This document shows positions 11,732 through 21,720 of a stretch of 64,000 bases of DNA, piece after piece. The position numbers and the translations under genes were made by a program. Position 1 is the stretch's first letter. Each line of letters begins with the position of its first letter. The stretch is from Lutibacter sp. (GTDB lineage: Bacteria > Bacteroidota > Bacteroidia > Flavobacteriales > Flavobacteriaceae), in assembly GCA_018054895.1 (NCBI GenBank), contig JAGPIQ010000003.1, positions 662 through 64,661 of the forward strand, in the 5' to 3' direction. The notes below the pieces were generated by a model. It had not been told where the DNA came from and made no database searches. It saw only the letters and a program-made list of their open reading frames with translations.

Positions 11732-12067
11732 ATGAAAAAAATCATTACATTACTTTTTTTAACTTCCATTTTATCCTGTAGTAAGGATAACAATGAGGCA
11801 ACACATGTCTTAGTTGGAGAATGGCAAAGAAGTGATTTCAATACTGATTTTGAATACAAATTAGTCTTTACCGATGATTTTACTGGCTTCAGAACACAAC
11901 GTGAAGGAAATATCTCGAATGCAATATCGTATGAATGGAGTACAAAAGGAGAGCTATTAACCATTGACTTTGGTGACGAAAATATTAAAACAACTTATTT
12001 TATTAATCCTGAAGGGCTCCTTATTTTGAACCATTATACTGATATGACTTTCAAAAAATTAAAATAA
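11732..12067 (+). CDS. Lipoprotein with lipocalin-like LVGEW domain
   Basis: Lipobox ILSC; LVGEWQ motif. Confidence 0.7.
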   Translation: MKKIITLLFLTSILSCSKDNNEATHVLVGEWQRSDFNTDFEYKLVFTDDFTGFRTQREGNISNAISYEWSTKGELLTIDFGDENIKTTYFINPEGLLILNHYTDMTFKKLK

Positions 12068-12115
12068 AAATAAATTCATATTTTTACCGCTTTCAAAATA
12101 TCTTAATTTTAGTAA

Positions 12116-12766
12116 ATGAAGGAGGCAAGTAAACAAAAAAAATTGAGCCAAAAGTTCAAAAGAAACATTAGAATTTCAAAATATGTAATTTATAAAGAAA
12201 CGTTAGTTAATTATAGGGAACTGTTTTGGTCATTTCTTGGTGCGTTTTTTGGAATCGGATTTATTGCCTACTTCCAATCTTCCTCATTACATGAAGTGGA
12301 TTCTATATTTCTTATCGGTTCATTTGGAGCTTCTAGTGTTCTTATTTTTGGAGCGATACAAAGCCCTATGGCACAACCAAGAAACCTTATAGGTGGGCAC
12401 ATAATCTCAGCATTTATAGGCGTAACCATCTTTAAGATTTTTCCAGAAATTATTTGGATAACTGCACCTCTAGCAGTTGCTACTTCTATTATTGTAATGC
12501 AAATAACAAAAACATTACATCCCCCGGGTGGAGCAACAGCGCTTATTGCCGTTATTGGATCTGAAAAAATAAAAGCTTTAGGGTATTTTTATGTTATTTC
12601 ACCTGTTACAACTGGTGCACTTTTGTTATTTGCTACTGCATTAATTTTTAACAACATGACAAAACATAGAAAATACCCAACTGATAGCCGTTTAACAAGA
12701 GTATTTACGAATAATAAACTCCACACTAAATATATAAAACGCAAAAAAACAACTATACAACACTAA
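12116..12766 (+). CDS. HPP family membrane protein
   Basis: SFGASSVL, SPMAQPRNLIGGH, TLHPPGGATAL. Confidence 0.95.
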   Translation: MKEASKQKKLSQKFKRNIRISKYVIYKETLVNYRELFWSFLGAFFGIGFIAYFQSSSLHEVDSIFLIGSFGASSVLIFGAIQSPMAQPRNLIGGHIISAFIGVTIFKIFPEIIWITAPLAVATSIIVMQITKTLHPPGGATALIAVIGSEKIKALGYFYVISPVTTGALLLFATALIFNNMTKHRKYPTDSRLTRVFTNNKLHTKYIKRKKTTIQH

Positions 12767-12939
12767 TTAATTTGAAATAAAAATCAAACTTTTTTAAAAG
12801 TAAATATATAAGAATACGCGACTATTTTCACACCCTTATACTCGTTTAATTAAAAACTAATTCTAGTTGAATTTTATAAATTCATAAAAAGTAGTAAATT
12901 GGTATCTTTATACTTAAAACCAAAAAAATACCTTTTATT

Positions 12940-13749
12940 ATGATTATTGACGTTCATACCCACATTAACAATTACCATGAAGAAAAAGTTGTTTCCTTAA
13001 ACGACTGTTTAAATAAATTGACAGATACGATGCAGGAAAATGGTGTTGATTATTCCTTAGTTCTAACTTCTTACAAAGTAAATGAACACCGTCCAAGCAC
13101 AAAAAAAGTAGTGGAAGCGATCAGTGGCCGTAATAATTTAGGCGTAGTAGCAGGAATTAGTTACCTTAATTATAACCATAGAGATTTACGTGAAATTAGT
13201 GAGTATATTGAGACTGGACTTATAAAAGGATTGAAATTTTATCCTGGTTACGAACCTTTTTACCCCAATGATATTCGTTTAAAAGTAATGTATGAAATGG
13301 CTGTTGAATATGATGTGCCTGTAATGTTTCATTCAGGCGATACGTATGCTCCAACGGGTAAAGTAAAATATTCACACCCACTTCATATTGATGATTTGGC
13401 AGTAGATTATCCTAATTTAAAAATAGTAATTTGCCATGTTGGAAATCCTTGGATTAAAGATTGTATGGAAGTTGTATATAAAAACGAAAATGTACACGCT
13501 GATATTTCAGGCTTAGTTTTAGGTGACTTTACCGATAAATTTGAACGCTATATGAAAAAAGAAATTGAAGAAATGATTACCTACGCTGGGGACCCTAATT
13601 ACTTACTTTTTGGTACAGATTGGCCAATTTCTAACATGAAGTCATATTTGAAATTTATGGATCAATTGGACTTGCCTCAAGATAAAAAAGAATTAATTCT
13701 TTGGAAAAATGCGGCAATTTTATTTAACATTGATGTTTCTAAATTTTAG
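12940..13749 (+). CDS. Amidohydrolase_2 family metal-dependent hydrolase
   Basis: IIDVHTH, PVMFHSG, VICHVG, LFGTDWP. Confidence 0.92.
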   Translation: MIIDVHTHINNYHEEKVVSLNDCLNKLTDTMQENGVDYSLVLTSYKVNEHRPSTKKVVEAISGRNNLGVVAGISYLNYNHRDLREISEYIETGLIKGLKFYPGYEPFYPNDIRLKVMYEMAVEYDVPVMFHSGDTYAPTGKVKYSHPLHIDDLAVDYPNLKIVICHVGNPWIKDCMEVVYKNENVHADISGLVLGDFTDKFERYMKKEIEEMITYAGDPNYLLFGTDWPISNMKSYLKFMDQLDLPQDKKELILWKNAAILFNIDVSKF

Positions 13750-13839
13750 TGTTTTCAAAACAAAAAAAGATACTTATTCTAAAACATTAAAAATTTAGTT
13801 AATTTTATTTTGATTAATTTTCATTTAAAAATCACACCT

Positions 13840-14322
13840 ATGAACATTAAAATTATAGAAACAATAATTACAGTTGCCTGCTTCTTTATTTTGCGGGTTT
13901 CAACTATAAAATTACTTTCCAAAGTTCAAAAAAAATACGACTATTCAAAATATAGAGTAAGACCTATTTTAAAGTTTATTAACTTATTCATTTTTATAAC
14001 TACCATTATTGTACTAATAGCCATTTGGGGTGTTGAGCAGGCAAATATCTTGACTTTCATAACTTCAATCCTTACCGTTTTAGGAATTGCATTAGTGGCC
14101 CAATGGTCCATCCTTTCAAACATATCTGCTGCTTTAATTATTTTTATTAGTCATCCTGTTAAATTGGGAGAATCTGTTACTATTGTTGATAAGGATTTTG
14201 ATATTAAGGGAAAAGTATCCGATATTGGATTGTTCTATGTTATTTTAAAAACTGACACACATGAAAAAATCATGATTCCTAACAATGTGTTTTTACAAAA
14301 AGCGACAAAAATAAGTTCTTGA
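13840..14322 (+). CDS. Short MscS-family mechanosensitive channel protein
   Basis: ALVAQWSILSNI...P.KLGE...G.V.DIG...IPN motif. Confidence 0.88.
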   Translation: MNIKIIETIITVACFFILRVSTIKLLSKVQKKYDYSKYRVRPILKFINLFIFITTIIVLIAIWGVEQANILTFITSILTVLGIALVAQWSILSNISAALIIFISHPVKLGESVTIVDKDFDIKGKVSDIGLFYVILKTDTHEKIMIPNNVFLQKATKISS

Positions 14323-14373
14323 TTAATTTTCAACAAATAAGGTTAAAACAGTTCTTTGACGAACTCAGTATAC

Positions 14374-14407
14374 AAAAAAAGCAGGTTAAAAATTATTTTA
14401 ACCTGCT
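14374..14407 (-). terminator. Intrinsic terminator of lemA-TPM operon (possibly bidirectional)
   Basis: AGCAGGTTAAAA-atta-TTTTAACCTGCT stem preceded by A7 (U-tract on minus strand). Confidence 0.75.
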
Positions 14408-14433
14408 CCAAATATTATATAAAAAGTAAATTT

Positions 14434-15249
14434 CTACCAGCCTCCGCCAGCTCCACCACCACTAAATCCACCTCCACCGAAGCCGCCGCCGAAACCGCCA
14501 CCTCCGCCAAAGCCGCCAGATGAGCCTCCTCCAAAACTACCTCCACTACTTCGACCTGCACCGCTTAAAATAATAGCAGTTAAAATATCCCCAGCTACAG
14601 AACCACTTCTAAAACCCTTACCTCCATTTCCTCCTCCTTTGTCTTTTTTAGAGAAAATAATCATTAAAATAATAAAAATTATAAAGATGATGGCAAAAGG
14701 TGATATACCTCCAGAGTTTTCATCTTTTGTACGAGTTCCTTTATAGGTTCCTTTTAAAACTTCAAAAATAGCATCTGCTCCTTTATCCAAACCAGTATAA
14801 AAATCACCTGTTTTAAATTCAGGAATAATAACATCACGCACAATACTACCAGTAGTTCCAGCAGTTAATAAATGTTCAACCCCATATCCTGGTGCAATCC
14901 AAATTTTTCGTTCCTTATTTGCTAATAAAATCAGCACTCCATTATCTTCCTTTGCTTGTCCAATTCCCCATTCGTGCGCCCATTTTGGCGTTAAAACACC
15001 AATATCTTCCCCATTAATGGTTTCAACAGTAATAACAACTATTTGGGTTGATGTTGAATCGGAATATTGAATTAACTTTTGCTCTAATGCCGCTTTTTGA
15101 TTGGCATCTAAAATAGCAGCATAGTCGTACACACTTGTTTGCAGTTTCGGCTTTGCAGGGATATCAAACTGCGCAAAACCAACCTGTACAAACAATAATA
15201 ATACTACTACTGTTAATCCTAATTTCTGTAATTTTTTAATTGACTTCAT
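14434..15249 (-). CDS. TPM domain protein (YgcG-like) with Gly-rich tail
   Basis: WGIGQAKEDNGVLIL; C-terminal GGGGFSGGGAGGGW. Confidence 0.93.
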   Translation of the reverse strand: MKSIKKLQKLGLTVVVLLLFVQVGFAQFDIPAKPKLQTSVYDYAAILDANQKAALEQKLIQYSDSTSTQIVVITVETINGEDIGVLTPKWAHEWGIGQAKEDNGVLILLANKERKIWIAPGYGVEHLLTAGTTGSIVRDVIIPEFKTGDFYTGLDKGADAIFEVLKGTYKGTRTKDENSGGISPFAIIFIIFIILMIIFSKKDKGGGNGGKGFRSGSVAGDILTAIILSGAGRSSGGSFGGGSSGGFGGGGGFGGGFGGGGFSGGGAGGGW

Positions 15250-15687
15250 TTATCCTTTTGAAATTTCATCAGACAGTTCATTGGTATCATCTGATTGATA
15301 CGGGAAAAAAGCTTTTAATTTCTCTCCAACTTTTGTAATTGCTTGTTGCAATCCTATAGCATATTCTTCTTTTGAAAAATGAGCTGCTAATATATCTTTT
15401 TCAGTATCCCAAAAATTAGCAGGAACTAATTTATTAATACCCTCATCCCCTAAAATAGCAAACTTTTTACTTTTTACTGCTACATAAAACAACACTCCAT
15501 TTTTAAGCTCCGTAGCATCCATTTTTAAAAAATAAAAAACCTCCAATGCACGTTCCATAGGAGGTTTATCTGTCGTTTTTTCTATATGAACACGTATTTC
15601 ACCTGAAGTATTTTTTTCGGCATTTTTTATAGCACTAACAATGGCTTGCTCTTCTTCTGCTGTTAAAAAATCTTCAACTTTAGACAT
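15250..15687 (-). CDS. TPM domain protein
   Basis: AEKNTSGEIRVHIE, NGVLFY, D.NELSDEIS. Confidence 0.92.
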   Translation of the reverse strand: MSKVEDFLTAEEEQAIVSAIKNAEKNTSGEIRVHIEKTTDKPPMERALEVFYFLKMDATELKNGVLFYVAVKSKKFAILGDEGINKLVPANFWDTEKDILAAHFSKEEYAIGLQQAITKVGEKLKAFFPYQSDDTNELSDEISKG

Positions 15688-16295
15688 TATTCTTTGGTAT
15701 TAAAATCAAATTTAACATCTGGAGCATTTTCAGCACCTGCTTCTGCATCAAAATACGGTTTACCATCAAAGTTAAAGAATCCTGCCAAAATGTTATTTGG
15801 AAACGTTTTAACTTGGTTATTATATGGCTTTATGGCTTCATTATAACGCGTACGCGCAGTTAAAATCTGGTTTTCAGTACTTGTTAATTCATCTTGTAAT
15901 TTTAAAAAGTTTTGATTGGCCTTTAAGTCTGGATAACGTTCTACTGTAACCAATAAACTTTTTAAAGCTCCACTTAAACCGCCTTGCGCTTGATTGAATT
16001 GCGCTAATTGTTCTGGTGTAATATTTGACGGATCAATAGTTACCGAAGTTGCTTTTGCACGCGCCTCAATAACAGATGTCAACGCTGATTTTTCGTAATC
16101 AGCCGCACCTTTTACCGTGTTTACTAAATTACCAATTAAATCACTTCTACGTTGGTAAGCAGTTTGTACATTTCCCCAGCTTTCAGAAACAGTTTCATTT
16201 AACTGAATTGTTGTATTATAAAATCCTTTTACCCAGCTATAGCTTCCTAAAACTAGTAAAGCAATTATTGCTACAGGAATTAACCATTTTTTCAT
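15687..16295 (-). CDS. lemA: LemA family protein
   Basis: YQRRSDLIGNLV, ERYPDLKANQNFLKLQDEL. Confidence 0.96.
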   Translation of the reverse strand: MKKWLIPVAIIALLVLGSYSWVKGFYNTTIQLNETVSESWGNVQTAYQRRSDLIGNLVNTVKGAADYEKSALTSVIEARAKATSVTIDPSNITPEQLAQFNQAQGGLSGALKSLLVTVERYPDLKANQNFLKLQDELTSTENQILTARTRYNEAIKPYNNQVKTFPNNILAGFFNFDGKPYFDAEAGAENAPDVKFDFNTKE

Positions 16296-16371
16296 TGTCT
16301 TGTTTTTTTTAGATTGTTATTATTTAAATTAGTACTTCAAAATTGCAATTTGTTACTGAATTTTCAAAAAT

Positions 16372-16704
16372 TTATGATAGTTCATTTTTTATATTATTCA
16401 ATTCTGCTTTTATACGCTCCAAACGCATAATTATTTCATGATTTCCCTCAACATTTTTCGGATTTTCCTTCATTTTGCTTTTTGCACCTTCAAGAGTAAA
16501 CCCTTTTTCTTTTACTAAATGATAAATCAATTGTAAATTTTTAAGGTCTTCTTGCGTAAATAAACGATTGCCTTTTTTATTTTTTTTAGGTTTTAAAATG
16601 TCAAATTCCTTTTCCCAAAAGCGAATGTGTGAAGTATTCACCCCAAATGCTTTAGCTACTTCGCCTATTTTATAATATCTTTTTTCTGGTAAATCTATAT
16701 ACAT
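16372..16704 (-). CDS. MerR-family HTH regulator
   Basis: YYKIGEVA...IRFWEKEF...GNRLF. Confidence 0.93.
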   Translation of the reverse strand: MYIDLPEKRYYKIGEVAKAFGVNTSHIRFWEKEFDILKPKKNKKGNRLFTQEDLKNLQLIYHLVKEKGFTLEGAKSKMKENPKNVEGNHEIIMRLERIKAELNNIKNELS

Positions 16705-16706
16705 AG

Positions 16707-17678
16707 TTAGTCTAATGATTGGCCTTCAATCTCAGCAGCTTTTTGCATTGCCGCAAACTCTTCAGGAGACAAGTTACCATAATAAAAGTTAATTGGGTTT
16801 ATTTTTTCGCCATTTTTAATAACTTCATAATGTAAATGTGGCCCTTCTGAACGTCCTGTATTTCCTACAAAACCAATTAAATCACCACGCTTTACACGTT
16901 GGCGTGGCTTTACATTATAGTTACTTAAATGCGCGTATAAAGTCTCGTATCCAAACCCATGCTTTATGGTAATATGCTTACCATATCCTGCGGCTGCTTC
17001 ATCGGCACGGTCAACAACTCCATCACCTGACGCATATATAGGAGTTCCTTTTGGAGCTGTAAAATCCATTCCCATGTGTTTTTTACTTGTTTTTGTAAAA
17101 GGATCCGTTCGCCAACCATAACCAGAAGCCATACGTGTTAAATCTTGACTTCGAACAGGCTGAATAGCAGGTATTGCCGCCAATAATTTTTCTTTATTCT
17201 CTGCTAATTTAACAATTTCATCCAACGATTTTGATTGCACATATAGCTGCTTAGACAAAATATCCATATTTCGAGTCACATCAATAATCATTTCTGAATT
17301 ATTAAATCCTTCTAATGATTTATACCTATTTACACCACCAAATCCAGCTTTTCGTTGTTCGTCTGAGAGAGGAGTTACTTCAAAATACAAGCGGTAAATA
17401 TTATTATCACGTACCTGAATATCTTCTAATATTTTTTGTAATTGCTCAATTTTTTTATCATGCAATTGCTCATTTAGTTTTACAAATTCTAGTTCTCGTT
17501 TCAATTCTTTTTCTTTAGGTGAATCAAAAAACTGAGTAAACACAACATATCCTAATACCATAAACATAATTGCAGACACCAATGCGAGCGAGATTTTCTT
17601 AAAAATATCGCTAATTTTTGACTTTATCTTTTTATAAGAAAGTGTATCCGAATCGTAATAATATTTTACTTTCGCCAT
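16707..17678 (-). CDS. M23 family metallopeptidase
   Basis: HMGMDF, YAHLS, GPHLHYEV. Confidence 0.95.
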   Translation of the reverse strand: MAKVKYYYDSDTLSYKKIKSKISDIFKKISLALVSAIMFMVLGYVVFTQFFDSPKEKELKRELEFVKLNEQLHDKKIEQLQKILEDIQVRDNNIYRLYFEVTPLSDEQRKAGFGGVNRYKSLEGFNNSEMIIDVTRNMDILSKQLYVQSKSLDEIVKLAENKEKLLAAIPAIQPVRSQDLTRMASGYGWRTDPFTKTSKKHMGMDFTAPKGTPIYASGDGVVDRADEAAAGYGKHITIKHGFGYETLYAHLSNYNVKPRQRVKRGDLIGFVGNTGRSEGPHLHYEVIKNGEKINPINFYYGNLSPEEFAAMQKAAEIEGQSLD

Positions 17679-17693
17679 TATATTAAATTATGT

Positions 17694-17701
17694 TATTTTT
17701 G
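17694..17701 (+). promoter_or_regulatory. -7 promoter element (TATTTTTG) for alaS
   Basis: TAnnTTTG match. Confidence 0.5.
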
Positions 17702-17749
17702 CACTTTCAAAAACAATATTTTTTTTTGAATATTGTGAAGCGCAAGTAA

Positions 17750-17757
17750 CAAAATTA
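17750..17757 (-). promoter_or_regulatory. -7 promoter element (TAATTTTG) for M23-merR-lemA operon
   Basis: TAnnTTTG match on minus strand. Confidence 0.5.
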
Positions 17758-17886
17758 CAAAATGTTTTATAAAAGAAATCAAACACTTTTATTTTAGCAT
17801 ATAATTAACAGATAAAATAGTTGTAAACAACATTAAATAAAGGTATTACCTATTTTTATTTGATTTTAAAAATTAACAATTCACCA

Positions 17887-20502
17887 ATGAAATCACAACA
17901 AGTACGTCAACAATTTCTAGACTTTTTCGCATCAAAACAACATAGCATCGTTGCTTCATCTCCAATGGTTTTGAAAAATGATCCAACATTGATGTTTACC
18001 AACGCCGGAATGGTTCCGTTTAAAGAATTTTTCTTAGGTCAAAAAAACGCCACCGAAAAACGTATTGCCGACACTCAAAAATGTTTGCGAGTTTCTGGAA
18101 AACACAATGATTTAGAGGAGGTTGGAAAAGACACCTACCACCACACCATGTTTGAAATGCTAGGAAACTGGAGTTTTGGTGATTACTTTAAAAAAGAAGC
18201 TATTTCTTGGGCTTGGGAATTGTTAACAGAAGTTTACAAAATAGATAAGGACTGCTTATATGTTACCGTTTTTGAAGGCGCCGAAGAGGATGGCTTAGGC
18301 TACGACCAAGAAGCATACGACCTTTGGAAACAATTTATAAGCGAAGACAGAATTATCAACGGAAATAAAAAAGATAATTTTTGGGAGATGGGTGCGCAAG
18401 GACCTTGTGGCCCTTGTTCTGAAATTCACGTAGATATTCGTTCCGCAGAAGAAAAAGCCAAAGTTTCTGGAAAGAGTTTGGTAAATAATGACCATCCACA
18501 AGTGGTAGAAATTTGGAACTTGGTTTTTATGGAATTCAACCGTAAAGCCGATGGTTCTTTAGAAAAATTACCTGCAAAACACGTAGATACCGGAATGGGA
18601 TTTGAGCGTTTATGTATGGTGTTACAAAATGTACAATCTAACTATGACACGGATGTTTTCACGCCGATAATTAGAGAAATTGAAACAATTACCAACAATG
18701 AATACGGTGTTTCTGAGCAAACAGATATTGCCATTCGTGTAATTGCTGACCACGTTAGAGCCGTTGCTTTCGCAATTGCTGACGGTCAATTACCTTCAAA
18801 TACAGGTGCTGGATATGTCATCAGACGTATTTTGCGAAGAGCAATCCGTTATGGTTTTACCTTTTTAAATACTAAAGAACCGTTTATTTATAAGTTAACT
18901 TCAACATTAAGCAAACAAATGGGAGACTATTTCCCAGAGCTGAAGATTCAAAAACAATTGGTTACCAATGTTATTAAAGAAGAAGAAAATTCTTTTTTAC
19001 GCACACTTGACCAAGGATTGGTTTTATTGGATGGAATTATTAAAAATACAAAAGGAACGGAAGTTTCTGGTAGAAAAGCATTTGAATTATTCGACACTTA
19101 CGGTTTTCCTATCGATTTAACGGCGTTAATTCTTTCAGAAAAAGGAATGACATTAAATGAAGTGGAATTTGGGGTTGAATTAGAGAAACAAAAAAATAGA
19201 TCAAGAGCTGCTGCAGTTGTTGAAACTGATGATTGGGTAATTTTAGAAGAAGATAACGAGGAAGAATTTATTGGATATGATACGCTAGAAGCGAATGTGA
19301 AAATTATGCGTTACCGCAAAGTTTCTTCAAAAAAAGAAGGAGATTTTTACCAATTAGTATTTAATATGACTCCTTTTTACCCAGAAGGTGGTGGACAAGT
19401 TGGAGATAAAGGGTATATCCAAGTTCCTAATGGAAACGTAATTTATATTGTTGATACCAAAAAAGAAAACAATTTAATTATTCATTTTGCTGAAAATTTA
19501 CCAGCAGATCCAACACAAAAATTAAAAGTTGTAGTAGATGCTAAACAACGTTTTAGAACTGGTTGTAACCACTCTGCAACACATTTATTACACCAAGCAT
19601 TGCGCGAAATATTAGGAACGCACGTGGAACAAAAAGGTTCTGCGGTGCATTCTAAACATTTACGTTTTGACTTTTCACATTTCGCAAAATTAACGGTAGA
19701 TGAATTACGTGAAGTAGAAGATTTCGTAAATGCACGTATCGACAGTAAAATTCCGTTACAAGAGTTCAGAAACATCCCAATGGAAACTGCCTTGAACAAA
19801 GGCGCTATGGCATTATTTGGTGAAAAATACGGAGATACGGTTCGTGCCATTCAATTTGGACAATCGGTAGAATTATGTGGTGGAACACACATTCAAAACA
19901 CTGGTGATATTTGGCATTTCAAAATCACTTCTGAAAGTGCTATTGCAGCTGGAGTTAGACGTATTGAAGCTATAACTGGTGATGCTACAAAAGATTTCTA
20001 TTTTGAAAACAACCGTGCTTTTTTTGAAATTAAGGACATGTTGAAAAACTCTGGAAATCCTTTAAAAGCAATTTTAGACTTACAAGAAGAAAACTCTTCA
20101 TTAAAAAAACAAATTGAAGGTTTATTAAGAGATAAAGCCAAAAATTTAAAAGGTGATTTAATAAATGAAGTTGAAGCCATAAACGGCATTAACTATTTGG
20201 CTGCAAAACTGGATTTAGATCAAAATAGTATTAAAGATTTAGCTTTTGAAATTGGAAACCAAGTTGAAAATTTCTTTTTTATAGCTGGATCAGAAGCTGA
20301 AGGAAAAGCATTTTTAACCTGTTATATTTCTAAAAATTTAGTCGAAGAAAAAGGACTAAATGCTGGAACCGTTGTCCGAGAATTAGGAAAACTAATTCAA
20401 GGTGGTGGTGGTGGACAAGCGTTTTTTGCAACTGCAGGTGGTAAAAACCCAACAGGAATTGCAGACGCTTTAGTGAAAGGGAAAGAATACATAAATTCAT
20501 AA
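17887..20502 (+). CDS. alaS: Alanine--tRNA ligase
   Basis: [51 protein letters not shown]. Confidence 0.99.
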   Translation: MKSQQVRQQFLDFFASKQHSIVASSPMVLKNDPTLMFTNAGMVPFKEFFLGQKNATEKRIADTQKCLRVSGKHNDLEEVGKDTYHHTMFEMLGNWSFGDYFKKEAISWAWELLTEVYKIDKDCLYVTVFEGAEEDGLGYDQEAYDLWKQFISEDRIINGNKKDNFWEMGAQGPCGPCSEIHVDIRSAEEKAKVSGKSLVNNDHPQVVEIWNLVFMEFNRKADGSLEKLPAKHVDTGMGFERLCMVLQNVQSNYDTDVFTPIIREIETITNNEYGVSEQTDIAIRVIADHVRAVAFAIADGQLPSNTGAGYVIRRILRRAIRYGFTFLNTKEPFIYKLTSTLSKQMGDYFPELKIQKQLVTNVIKEEENSFLRTLDQGLVLLDGIIKNTKGTEVSGRKAFELFDTYGFPIDLTALILSEKGMTLNEVEFGVELEKQKNRSRAAAVVETDDWVILEEDNEEEFIGYDTLEANVKIMRYRKVSSKKEGDFYQLVFNMTPFYPEGGGQVGDKGYIQVPNGNVIYIVDTKKENNLIIHFAENLPADPTQKLKVVVDAKQRFRTGCNHSATHLLHQALREILGTHVEQKGSAVHSKHLRFDFSHFAKLTVDELREVEDFVNARIDSKIPLQEFRNIPMETALNKGAMALFGEKYGDTVRAIQFGQSVELCGGTHIQNTGDIWHFKITSESAIAAGVRRIEAITGDATKDFYFENNRAFFEIKDMLKNSGNPLKAILDLQEENSSLKKQIEGLLRDKAKNLKGDLINEVEAINGINYLAAKLDLDQNSIKDLAFEIGNQVENFFFIAGSEAEGKAFLTCYISKNLVEEKGLNAGTVVRELGKLIQGGGGGQAFFATAGGKNPTGIADALVKGKEYINS

Positions 20503-20505
20503 AAA

Positions 20506-20533
20506 TTGTGATTTCAACTCCGCTCAATCACAA
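20506..20533 (+). repeat. REP-like palindromic element
   Basis: 8-bp stem TTGTGATT/AATCACAA enclosing TCAACTCCGCTC, similar to the TCGACTCCGCTC-loop repeats common in Flavobacteria. Confidence 0.65.
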
Positions 20534-20565
20534 AAAACAACAAGTAATAACCAATAACTAGTTGC

Positions 20566-21561
20566 ATGAACTTTAGAACCAATATACAACTTCGAGAAGA
20601 ATGTAATCAGATTGATTACCACTCGAAGTTGCTTTTAATTGGCTCTTGTTTTTCTGAAAATATTAGCAACAAATTAAGCTATTTTAAATTTCAAACCTAC
20701 AGCAATCCTTTTGGTATTTTATTCAACCCAATTGCTATTGAAAAATTGATTTCAAATGCAATTCATCTTAAAAAATATACTGAAAAAGATATTTTTCAAC
20801 TAAATGAACGTTGGCATTGTTTTGATGCACATTCCGATTTAAGCGCCATTCATAAAGAAGATTTATTACATAATTTAAATAGCGCCGTTGAATTAATGCA
20901 TCAACAATTAAGAAGTGCAAGTCATATTATAATTACTTTAGGAACTTCGTGGGTTTATAAAAATATTGAAACGGATACAGTTGTTGGAAATTGTCATAAA
21001 ATCCCTCAAAAAAAGTTTTTAAAAGAATTGCTTTCCATTGAAGAAGTTCTAACATCATTACAAAATATTACTTCACTTATAAAAAATGTAAATCCTACTT
21101 CAAACATCATTTTTACAGTGAGTCCTGTGCGACATATAAAAGATGGTTTTGTTGAAAATATGCAAAGTAAAGCACATTTAATTTCCGCTATTCATCAACT
21201 AATTGAAATATATAAACAAGGCTTCTACGGTACTTCTACTCCACTCAGCAACCATTTTCAACCTTCTAAATTATCATATTTTCCTTCCTATGAAATTATG
21301 ATGGATGATTTACGCGACTACCGTTTTTATGCAAATGATATGGTTCACCCAAATGAAACAGCGGTAAATTATATTTGGGAACAATTTCAACACGTTTGGC
21401 TTTCAAAAGAAACCCAACCAATTATGAAAGAGGTTGACTCTATTCAAAAAGGATTAACGCATAGGCCATTTAATCCAACTTCTGAACAACATCAACAGTT
21501 TTTAAATTCGCTTCAAAATAAAATAACTTCATTAAAAAACAAGAATAACATTTTGTTCTAA
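20566..21561 (+). CDS. GSCFA domain protein
   Basis: IGSCFSENI, NPFGILFNP, TVSPVRH, YFPSYEIMMDDLRDYRFY. Confidence 0.95.
   Translation: MNFRTNIQLREECNQIDYHSKLLLIGSCFSENISNKLSYFKFQTYSNPFGILFNPIAIEKLISNAIHLKKYTEKDIFQLNERWHCFDAHSDLSAIHKEDLLHNLNSAVELMHQQLRSASHIIITLGTSWVYKNIETDTVVGNCHKIPQKKFLKELLSIEEVLTSLQNITSLIKNVNPTSNIIFTVSPVRHIKDGFVENMQSKAHLISAIHQLIEIYKQGFYGTSTPLSNHFQPSKLSYFPSYEIMMDDLRDYRFYANDMVHPNETAVNYIWEQFQHVWLSKETQPIMKEVDSIQKGLTHRPFNPTSEQHQQFLNSLQNKITSLKNKNNILF
21229..21253 (+). repeat. Degenerate REP-like element in frame inside GSCFA gene
   Basis: GGTACT-TCTACTCCACTC-AGCAACC; loop 10/12 identical to copy at 20514-20525; encodes GTSTPLSN. Confidence 0.55.
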
Positions 21562-21621
21562 AATTGTTTTCTCCTGTTCATCAATAATCATAATCTCCAC
21601 TTTTTCTTTTAAAAATTAAAA

Positions 21622-21641
21622 AATACGACAAATGCCGTATT
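21622..21641 (+). promoter_or_regulatory. Palindromic operator, putative response-regulator site
   Basis: AATACGACAAATGCCGTATT; 16/20 identical to 25766-25785; -7-like GAATTTTG begins 22 nt after its end. Confidence 0.7.
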
Positions 21642-21720
21642 GTTTCATTTTCATATTTAATTGAATTTTGGATTTAGAAAGTTTACAACAACTTTTGGAA
21701 TAACTAAAAAACAAACTCTT

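Noticed and set aside
14434-14560. GC-rich CCN repeats
   Set aside because: Simply encode the Gly-rich tail of the TPM protein
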